Source: a virus
Lineage: Duplodnaviria > Caudoviricetes
Virus record (IMG/VR): IMGVR_UViG_3300028633_000028
Span: 1 to 29,953 of that record
Length of the DNA: 29,953 nucleotides
Reading direction: 5' to 3' (one strand)
Shown: positions 18,973-25,227 of the stretch, one piece after another
How the letters are laid out: each line of letters opens with the position of its first letter
Numbering within the stretch: the first letter of the stretch is position 1
Notes under the pieces: generated by a model
What the model saw: the letters and a program-made list of their open reading frames with translations, nothing else
Told to the model about the DNA's origin: nothing
The model's database searches: none
Program-made: the position numbers and the translations under genes

Positions 18973-20141
18973 AAGAAGTAACTGGTGACAGGTGGGAGTA
19001 CGGCAAGTGCTTCCACCACGAGCAAACATCGTGTCGTACCTACATTGTTCACAGTAAACCCGTCCATTTTTGGGACGCTGGCCGGTGGCACGAAGTAGAC
19101 ACGAACTGGCAACTTTCCTCTCGTCCCGGTTTTGCTTATGAAATGGTTGCGGCTGGTTACCAGGTATGGGCCGCACAAAACCTTCGAGCAACCCCGTTCT
19201 TGGTGGTGCGACGTCGTGGGGTGGAGAAGGCATACACGCTCGGGGGCGTGATTTGGAAGGGAAGATGGGGCCAACGGAAAAAGGTGGCAAACCTGCCCAA
19301 CGCCTCGGTTAACCAGGTGCGTCGGGACGCCCTTCTTGTTAAGGACTTTGTGCTTAAGGGCGTAACGCTCCAGGTTATAGCCGACCCAGTGCGCCCGGTG
19401 GTACTGGCCGAGGTGGGGGCTAACGCGCTCGAGAAGATAACAAAGTGGGACTGGCAGGACGACCAGGTTCCGGCCCTGACTGTTGACCTGGTTCCGTATA
19501 GTGGCGGGGTGTGGGGCGCTATGCTCGGTGTTGCCACTAACTACCCTGGGGAAACCGCGGACGGTGAAATCTACGGTCAAAACAACGGAACGTATGCCAC
19601 GGCCCGTAGCACCTCTACGGCGACGGACACGGCCTCAACCACTCTTCGGGTGGGACAGAACTGTTCTGGCGGTGTGATTTTCACGGTGTACAGGGGTTAT
19701 CTCAGTTTTGACACAAGCGCCATTGCGGATTCGTTCTCGGTGGAGACGGCCACCCTGTACGTCTGTGCGGATAGCGACCTCTCGTTCACGGACTTTCTAG
19801 TCAAGGTGTATCGCTTTGCCTGGGCGGAGGCCCTGGGCGGCGGTAACCAGGAGGCAAACTACGACGGAGCTTATGGCGGGAGCGCCACACTGGAAGGGAC
19901 GCTCCAGGACACGGCCACGGCCTGGACGGCGGGAACGTATTATAGCTTGGCGGTCACGCCCGCGGGTGTGAACAAGACAGGCGACACCAAGTACACGCTT
20001 GTCAGCAGTAGGGACGTGGATGGAACGCAACCGTCGGGAAACGAGTACGTTTTTGCCCGGACGGCTGACTATGCGGGAACCGGCTCTGACCCGTATATGG
20101 CCATCACTGTAGCCCCCGCGGGTTACGCGGCGATATTCTAA
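18969..20141 (+). CDS. Putative tail adhesin / receptor-binding protein with a DNRLRE-like C-terminal domain
   Basis: Last tail gene. YRGYLSFDTSAI...VETATLYV and PYMAIT resemble DNRLRE (disaggregatase-related) domains. Confidence 0.6.
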   Translation: MKEVTGDRWEYGKCFHHEQTSCRTYIVHSKPVHFWDAGRWHEVDTNWQLSSRPGFAYEMVAAGYQVWAAQNLRATPFLVVRRRGVEKAYTLGGVIWKGRWGQRKKVANLPNASVNQVRRDALLVKDFVLKGVTLQVIADPVRPVVLAEVGANALEKITKWDWQDDQVPALTVDLVPYSGGVWGAMLGVATNYPGETADGEIYGQNNGTYATARSTSTATDTASTTLRVGQNCSGGVIFTVYRGYLSFDTSAIADSFSVETATLYVCADSDLSFTDFLVKVYRFAWAEALGGGNQEANYDGAYGGSATLEGTLQDTATAWTAGTYYSLAVTPAGVNKTGDTKYTLVSSRDVDGTQPSGNEYVFARTADYAGTGSDPYMAITVAPAGYAAIF

Positions 20142-20157
20142 ACAAAAGGGGGAACCA

Positions 20158-20487
20158 ATGGTAACACAGAGAGAGGTGCTGGATGCAATAGAAAACCTGG
20201 CGGCCCAGGTGGGGGCCATCTCCAATGGGGGCCTGGGCGCCATTCGGAGCGACTTGGCGGCCCTGAGCGTGAAACTGGATGCGTTCAACGGGCGGCTCGA
20301 ATGGGTTCACGAGTGTGTGAACAAGCACGAGGAACGACTGGGCAAACACGACGTGGAGTTGGGGAAACTTGGCGTCACAGAGGAGGGTCACAAGGATAAC
20401 TGGAAACAGGTGGTAGCCTTTGGCACAAAGATTCTGGAGTGGGTCGTCTTGGGGGCGTTGGCGGCCAAGGTTACGTTCGGGAAATGA
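20158..20487 (+). CDS. Coiled-coil protein with a C-terminal hydrophobic segment (possible lysis-related)
   Basis: Heptad-like core followed by ILEWVVLGALAAKV, located after the tail genes. Confidence 0.6.
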   Translation: MVTQREVLDAIENLAAQVGAISNGGLGAIRSDLAALSVKLDAFNGRLEWVHECVNKHEERLGKHDVELGKLGVTEEGHKDNWKQVVAFGTKILEWVVLGALAAKVTFGK

Positions 20488-21308
20488 GTACAATTGTAGC
20501 CATTAACGGTGACCTGCACGTCAACTCACTGGTCGGGCTCTGTCCGCCGGTGTTTCGTAGAGAACGCGGCTCGGCGCACCTGCAATCCCCGGCTCAGAAG
20601 GCAAGTTGGGAGTGTTGGGTGAAGGACTGGGCGCACGTTCGGACAATGAAGGAGCAAACCGGAGCAAAGGTCTACGCGGTGTTCCCTGGAGATATGGTGG
20701 ACGTCAATGTGCGGAACAAGGCCGGGTTGATAACTCACAAGGAAAGCGACATTCTCCAGGCGGCGGTAGACGTCCTGGCTCCTGCTCGAGAAGTGGCTGA
20801 CAAGTTGTTCATTGTACGCGGTACCGCGGCCCACACTGGGTTGCAGGGGTGGATGGAAGACCAGATTGGAACCCTGATAGGCGCGGAGGAGGACAGCGAG
20901 ACGTACTCTCGGGCGTGGTGGAACCTTCCGCTCTTGGTGGAAGGTGTCCTGTTCGACGTCGGGCATCACCCGCATACTTACGGCATGCGCCCCTGGACGA
21001 AGCAATCGGCCCTGGCGCGGGAGAGCGCCATAATTCTGCATGAGGCGGCCACAAAGGGGTTCCGAATCCCCGACGTAGTGGTTCGCGCCCATGTTCACTA
21101 CTACGGCGACAGTGGGGACGGAACGCGACCACGGGTGTTCTTTGCTCCCCCGTGGCAGTGGACGACGAGCTTTGGGTTCCGGCTCGGTGTTGGAGCAGAC
21201 GTGGAACCAGTGGGAGGGCTTTTGTTCTTTTGCGACAACGGGACGTATAATTTCTATGCACGGCGGCACTTTGCCGCAGAAAGGGAACCGTGGACGGACA
21301 CGAAGTAG
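20484..21308 (+). CDS. Calcineurin-like metallophosphoesterase
   Basis: GDLHVN, PGDMVD, VRGTAAH (variant of GNH), GHH and RAHVH motifs. ATGA overlap at 20484. Confidence 0.8.
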   Translation: MSTIVAINGDLHVNSLVGLCPPVFRRERGSAHLQSPAQKASWECWVKDWAHVRTMKEQTGAKVYAVFPGDMVDVNVRNKAGLITHKESDILQAAVDVLAPAREVADKLFIVRGTAAHTGLQGWMEDQIGTLIGAEEDSETYSRAWWNLPLLVEGVLFDVGHHPHTYGMRPWTKQSALARESAIILHEAATKGFRIPDVVVRAHVHYYGDSGDGTRPRVFFAPPWQWTTSFGFRLGVGADVEPVGGLLFFCDNGTYNFYARRHFAAEREPWTDTK

Positions 21309-21598
21309 CAGGTGTAACCAGGGAACAGGTTTTGGCCGAGATTTTGGCGGCCGTGGAACTGGAGAACGTAACCGAAGACCTGGAGGCTTACACCATCAAC
21401 GAAATGGCTCAGGACACGGGAATGACAGTGTACACGGTAAGGCGAAAGGTGGGGCGGGCGGTTAAGGCCGGACGCCTGGTACCTGTTCGGGTGTACAGGA
21501 AGCTCGGCAAGCTGTCAAGGTTAACCACGGCTTACAAGGTTCCGGCGAGAGTGGGGCCTGGCCCTGCTCAATCTCCAGAGGAGGAAGAGAATGGATAG
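21290..21598 (+). CDS. Small putative (winged) HTH protein
   Basis: YTINEMAQDTGMTVYTVRRKVGRAVKAGRL is an HTH-like pattern. Confidence 0.6.
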   Translation: MDGHEVAGVTREQVLAEILAAVELENVTEDLEAYTINEMAQDTGMTVYTVRRKVGRAVKAGRLVPVRVYRKLGKLSRLTTAYKVPARVGPGPAQSPEEEENG

Positions 21599-21935
21599 CA
21601 AGGTTATCGCGTTTCTGCTTTGGCTGGCGTCGTTCCCGGCCCTGGGCGTGGTGGCGTCGTACGCGCTCCAGGGGTTGAAGGCGTTGTTCCCGCGAATCAA
21701 GGACAAGGCCGCGGTCATCGCCTCGGTGCTCCTGACGGCTGTTGCCGCCATCGCTGCCAACTTATTGCTTGCAAGGGGTATCGTCATCCCGGCCTGGCTG
21801 GAACAGTTGTGGCCGACGGGCGTGTGGCTCATTTCACAGATTTGGTATACCTTCGTGGTCAAGAAGGGGGCGGTCGCTCCGGCATCGAAGCCAAAGGTGG
21901 AACCCCCAAGTTGGGAAGGGGGCCAGCAAGGGTGA
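21591..21935 (+). CDS. Putative holin
   Basis: 114 aa with 2-3 hydrophobic segments and a charged C-terminus, at the end of the late operon. Confidence 0.65.
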   Translation: MDSKVIAFLLWLASFPALGVVASYALQGLKALFPRIKDKAAVIASVLLTAVAAIAANLLLARGIVIPAWLEQLWPTGVWLISQIWYTFVVKKGAVAPASKPKVEPPSWEGGQQG

Positions 21936-22206
21936 ACATGGTCACCTCCGGCGCCCATGAGACGTAAGTCTCTCCGACCAACACGGCCTGCGAGAAACTT
22001 TGCGGTTCGTCGGGGCGGCCTTCCGACAAGGCGATAGTGCGAAACAGATAGTACGGGGTCACGACCCAAGGCGGGGCGGCCCCGTACTTTTCTTTGTACA
22101 GGCGGCAGACTGATTCTACATGGTCGCGGGCATGGGCGGGGGCCTTGGGCGGGAATGGGATGGTGAGCCAGTGTCGGGTATGAACATTCGTCAGGCAGTT
22201 TACCAT
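21859..22206 (-). CDS. Hypothetical protein
   Basis: The start overlaps the stop of the upstream minus-strand gene (ATGGTAA). The 3' end overlaps the holin end. Confidence 0.45.
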   Translation of the reverse strand: MVNCLTNVHTRHWLTIPFPPKAPAHARDHVESVCRLYKEKYGAAPPWVVTPYYLFRTIALSEGRPDEPQSFSQAVLVGETYVSWAPEVTMFTLAGPLPNLGVPPLASMPERPPPS

Positions 22207-22544
22207 AGTTTCCTCTGGACGGGCTTGGGTGGTGTGGCCTCCCAGTGGGCCAGGCCCAATGCTACCTGAGGGCCATGGCCCCTGTCAAGTCGGAACCCCT
22301 TTTTGACGATTGTCTCTGTGCTGGCCCTGTACTCGATTCCGGTGTCTTTGTCCTGGATGAGCACAAAGTCGGCTCCGGCGTTCAGGGCCTCTTGGAAAGT
22401 TACCACGTCCATTGACCAGGCCAGGGGGCTGAGTAGCATGTGGCGCGAACCGTGAACGGGCTTGGTGAACACTCCCCCCTCCACTGTCCCGACGACGCGG
22501 GGCGGCGTTCCGGCGTAAATGGGCTTGGGGCGGGGTGGTTTCAT
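22200..22544 (-). CDS. Hypothetical phage protein
   Basis: RBS GGAGGAG precedes ATG 22544 (MKPPRPKP). The sequence is protein-like (HMLLSPLAWSMD, GFRLDRGHGPQVAL). Confidence 0.7.
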   Translation of the reverse strand: MKPPRPKPIYAGTPPRVVGTVEGGVFTKPVHGSRHMLLSPLAWSMDVVTFQEALNAGADFVLIQDKDTGIEYRASTETIVKKGFRLDRGHGPQVALGLAHWEATPPKPVQRKLW

Positions 22545-22712
22545 GGTTTTGGCTCCTCCATTTCCTCTCTCTTGCGACGATTGCCACAATGCGATTCTAG
22601 ACCACTTTCTGAAGGTGGGCCATATAACCGTGCGTAGCGCGAAATCCTCGCTCGGATTTGCGTTTGGGCCATGCTAGAATCGCACCAGAGTGAGGTAAAA
22701 GGCCTTTTTTCG

Positions 22713-22943
22713 TCACTTTTCGCCCCTTTTTGCGGGGCGCGGCCCCTGCGCCAGGGTTTCCATCGTGAACTTCCAAAATGGTGTTCCGCACCTTGTACAC
22801 CCAAAGTCCTGACGGGCCTGTACCATCACGGCGTCTGTGAGGCAGTAGCCACAAGTGGGGCAGCGCCAAAAGGTTCCGGGCCTTGGTTCCCTCCGGCCAC
22901 CCCTCGCCCCAAGTGGTGACCAGGGGTTCGCCAGGGCGCTCAA
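22713..22943 (-). CDS. Small Zn-ribbon protein (CPTC...CTRC)
   Basis: The probable TTG start overlaps the upstream TGA (TTGA). It has two CxxC pairs. Confidence 0.6.
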   Translation of the reverse strand: MSALANPWSPLGARGGRREPRPGTFWRCPTCGYCLTDAVMVQARQDFGCTRCGTPFWKFTMETLAQGPRPAKRGEK

Positions 22944-23416
22944 CTTTTCTTCTCCGCGGCGGCCCTGGTCATGGCCCTGGCGGCGGAAAGACATTCGGTC
23001 GGTTCTCCGGCGGCGCTGAACACTTCCTGTATGACGTGGATGGCATGGACATGGGCGGCCATGGTCAGGGGGTTCAGTGTCATCTGGAACCGGAACTGTT
23101 CCTGTTCGTACCTGGCGGCCACAAGTTCTTCATGAGCGCGGATGGCCTTCCTGCTGTAAACCTTCCAGCGGGCGGCCAGGGCGTGAGCGGAGGGCGGGTT
23201 GCCTGTGTCTATGGCGCCACTCTCGCATTCGGTCTGCAACCAGGCGTCCAGGGCGGCCACTGTTTCGGATAGTTCTGTGTCGGTTGGCTGAGCGGCTTCC
23301 AGCACGGCCATGGCCAGGGGGCGGACGGTGTTCCTGTGGGCCAGTTCGGCGGCGACGCTGGACGAAACGTCTGCGACGTATCTGGTGCCAGTGGGCGGGG
23401 TAATCTCGATTAGCAT
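22940..23416 (-). CDS. Hypothetical helical protein
   Basis: 158-aa ORF with a GAGGA RBS, in the minus-strand operon. Confidence 0.65.
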   Translation of the reverse strand: MLIEITPPTGTRYVADVSSSVAAELAHRNTVRPLAMAVLEAAQPTDTELSETVAALDAWLQTECESGAIDTGNPPSAHALAARWKVYSRKAIRAHEELVAARYEQEQFRFQMTLNPLTMAAHVHAIHVIQEVFSAAGEPTECLSAARAMTRAAAEKKS

Positions 23417-23690
23417 TCCTCGCCCCTACGCAGTCTAGAAGCTCCTCGCGGGCGGGGGCTTGGGCGTCGAAGGCGGCCAGGCGGGCGGCCCATTCCTCCT
23501 CGGTAACCTGGGAGCGGTACAGGCGCTCTAGCTTCTCGATGGCGGCCCCTGTCGCCAGTTCATTGTCGGGTTCTTCCTCTTCCTCTTCTTCCGTGACACA
23601 GTCACAATGCTTGACGGTACACAAGTCACAGTCGCCCCCGCAAAGGCGGCGAACGTGTTCGGGCGCTTCGGCGTCGTATGGGTATGTCAT
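23130..23690 (-). CDS. Hypothetical Cys-cluster/acidic protein (3' part overlaps the next gene)
   Basis: ATGA overlap at the start and CGGDCDLC...HCDC followed by poly-Glu. The last roughly 95 codons overlap 22940..23416 in another frame. Confidence 0.55.
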   Translation of the reverse strand: MTYPYDAEAPEHVRRLCGGDCDLCTVKHCDCVTEEEEEEEPDNELATGAAIEKLERLYRSQVTEEEWAARLAAFDAQAPAREELLDCVGARNANRDYPAHWHQIRRRRFVQRRRRTGPQEHRPPPGHGRAGSRSANRHRTIRNSGRPGRLVADRMREWRHRHRQPALRSRPGRPLEGLQQEGHPRS

Positions 23691-23992
23691 TTCTTCCCCC
23701 TTACCTCGTAGACACGCAGTTCGACTTTGTGTTCCAGGGCCTTCTTGACGGCGAAAGTGGCGGCTTCACCAATGTCCGCGAACCGCTCACGGAAGGTGTA
23801 GTCCCCCGCCTCGCTCAGGCCCATGACGAAGCACTCAACCCTGTCGTCCTGGCGGACACTCATCCGAACGGCTACTGTCTCACTCATTCCTTCCCTCCAC
23901 CTGAAAGTATGCGGCGCTCCAGCCTGGCCAACTCGGCGGCCCTGGCCCGACACCCTTCGCAGAACTCGGCGGGCCAGTTTCTTCTCGCTCAT
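23687..23992 (-). CDS. Hypothetical protein
   Basis: GGAGG precedes ATG 23992. There is an alternative internal start at MSETVAV. Confidence 0.55.
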   Translation of the reverse strand: MSEKKLARRVLRRVSGQGRRVGQAGAPHTFRWREGMSETVAVRMSVRQDDRVECFVMGLSEAGDYTFRERFADIGEAATFAVKKALEHKVELRVYEVRGKK

Positions 23993-24010
23993 CTTGTCCC
24001 TCCCCATTTC

Positions 24011-24118
24011 CTAGTATCTGAACCGAAGGTCAAGGGCGGTAACTGTGTTGGCGCTGGACTGGAACTGCGCCCTCACGCCCTTGTCGGCGTTCCCGCGGGC
24101 GAACAACTTGCGGGCCTT
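24011..24118 (-). pseudogene. 3' half of the small phage gene interrupted by the insertion
   Basis: KARKLFARGNADKGVRAQFQSSANTVTALDLRFRY* joins in frame to 25073..25132 when the 954-bp insert is removed. Confidence 0.75.
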
Positions 24119-24377
24119 CGCCCGACAACTCTCCCGAGACATTGACGCTCAGCCATAGGGCCCGCGCCCCAAACGGCTGCGCGATGTCGATGAGGTCGCC
24201 GGCGCGGTCCAAAGAGTTGGTCGACAGGGTCAGCCGTAGCAGCGGCCGCCGGGCCCACCACACGTGCAGGCGGTTTGGCGGCGGATGCAGGCCGGTGCTG
24301 TTCTCGCGCATACACTCTACGCCGATGGCCTGGGCTGGCAGCCAGTCTTCAATCAGTACGCGTCGTTTTGGGTTCAT
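24030..24377 (-). pseudogene. Chimeric ORF: first 46 aa of a DUF1156 adenine DNA methyltransferase + about 40 aa of a DUF499-like C-terminal region + an out-of-frame phage tail
   Basis: LIEDWLP...RE...PP..LHVWWARRPL is the DUF1156 N-terminal signature. The sequence changes character after RRPL and no catalytic motifs follow. Confidence 0.8.
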
Positions 24378-24835
24378 CGCACTGCCTCCATCAGGATGCG
24401 GAACGCGCGCAGCGCGCGTGTGTTATCGACCTGACCCAGCAGCCCTAGCCACCAGGCTGCCTGGTCGCCCGGGGTGTGGCGGATGTGCTTGGCCGCCAGC
24501 AGCAAGCGCTCGCCATCGCGCAGGCCAGCGGCGAGCAGCCCGTAGCAGGCCACCCGTGCCCCCCAGTCGGCATCCAACGGGTGGAAGGCCCCCCGCGAAA
24601 GCACGTCCTCGCTCCTCTGGCCAGCCTCAGCTTCGTTTCGTCCGGCCAGCACGGCCTGGCGCAACATCATCGCCGCCGCCCCAAAGCACAAGGGGCTCAG
24701 CGCGGCCACACGTCGCAGTCGGTCTCGGCCGGCGTTGTTGGCCTGGCGGCGGTAGATCACCGCTGCCGTGCCACCCTTGCGGTCAACAACGCGCAGGGCA
24801 AAAGGCGCCTGCCTGGTTGGGCTAGCTGGCACCAC
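24374..24835 (-). CDS. Intact small subunit of a DUF499/DUF1156 restriction-like system (DUF3780-like by position and C-terminal motif)
   Basis: It lies between a DUF499-like C-terminus and a DUF1156 N-terminus (ATGA overlap). The C-terminus is QAAWWLGLL...RALRAFRILMEAV. It has its own RBS GAGGAGGAG before the GTG. Confidence 0.7.
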   Translation of the reverse strand: MVPASPTRQAPFALRVVDRKGGTAAVIYRRQANNAGRDRLRRVAALSPLCFGAAAMMLRQAVLAGRNEAEAGQRSEDVLSRGAFHPLDADWGARVACYGLLAAGLRDGERLLLAAKHIRHTPGDQAAWWLGLLGQVDNTRALRAFRILMEAVR

Positions 24836-25079
24836 TGGTCTCCTCCTCGCCGAACTCGGCCTCTACCGACACCGTGCCAGCGGCCTTGACTTTCGCGTTG
24901 CGCACCGGTTCCTCGCCCAGGGGCCTGGCCGGCGCGGCCAAGTCGAGCGCCAACGACGCGCTGAACTGCACCGTGGCGGCATTGCAGGCCCGCTGCATCT
25001 CCCTGGCTCGCTCGATGGGCTTGAGCGGAGAGCTGTGCTTGACGTCGTTGACGGCGAAAAAGAGCTGGCCTCCGCCCGA
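24822..25079 (-). pseudogene. Startless C-terminal fragment of an upstream (DUF499-like ATPase) gene, not in the ORF track
   Basis: It reads SGGGQLFFAVNDVKHSSPLKPIERAREMQRACNAATVQFSASLALDLAAPARPLGEEPVRNAKVKAAGTVSVEAEFGEEETSGAS* and overlaps the start of the small gene. Confidence 0.65.
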
Positions 25080-25132
25080 TAGATTCGGGCCTTTCTTTCG
25101 TAGTATGTGGCGGGCTTGGTTGTGGCGCTCAT
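25073..25132 (-). pseudogene. 5' half of the interrupted small basic phage gene
   Basis: RBS AGGGGAG precedes the ATG of MSATTKPATYYERKARIYRA. The frame then runs into low-complexity out-of-frame sequence to TAG 24863. Confidence 0.75.
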
Positions 25133-25160
25133 TTGTCTCCCCTTTTCCTTATCCTGGCCT

Positions 25161-25189
25161 ATTATAGCGCCCCTGGCCCATTTTGTCAA
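25161..25189 (-). promoter_or_regulatory. Perfect consensus sigma70-type promoter
   Basis: On the minus strand: TTGACA (25189-25184), 17 bp, TATAAT (25166-25161). It lies upstream of ATG 25132. Confidence 0.9.
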
Positions 25190-25206
25190 GGGGTTTTGGG
25201 TAACTT

Positions 25207-25227
25207 TTTGGTTACAAATGGGTTACA
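25207..25227. promoter_or_regulatory. Tandem GGTTACA boxes with 11-bp period, upstream of the -35
   Basis: GGTTACA occurs at 25210 and 25221. The same arrangement is present at the 27.7-kb promoter. Confidence 0.65.

Larger units (their letters stand above)
24113..25079 (-). mobile_element. 954-bp insertion of circularly permuted bacterial defence-operon DNA, flanked by a 12/13-bp direct repeat
   Basis: GGCCTTCGCCCGA (24113-24125) matches GGCCTCCGCCCGA (25067-25079). Excision restores a phage ORF and also rejoins two halves of a foreign ORF in frame. The insert holds the only GATC seen in the window. Confidence 0.8.

Noticed and set aside
18499-20141. Diversity-generating retroelement target in the tail genes
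   Set aside because: No reverse transcriptase and no template/variable repeat pair differing at adenines were seen in the window.
22597-22716. Possible 39-codon minus-strand ORF starting at a GTGA overlap
   Set aside because: It is too short and has no motif. It may be intergenic sequence.
24113-25079. IS element or transposon with a target-site duplication
   Set aside because: There is no transposase and no terminal inverted repeat. The imperfect flanking repeat and permuted content fit crossover with a circle better.
24863-25189. 108-aa ORF from the track as a real protein
   Set aside because: Its TTG start is the -35 box. After residue RA it reads the insert out of frame as low-complexity Ser/Arg/Pro sequence.
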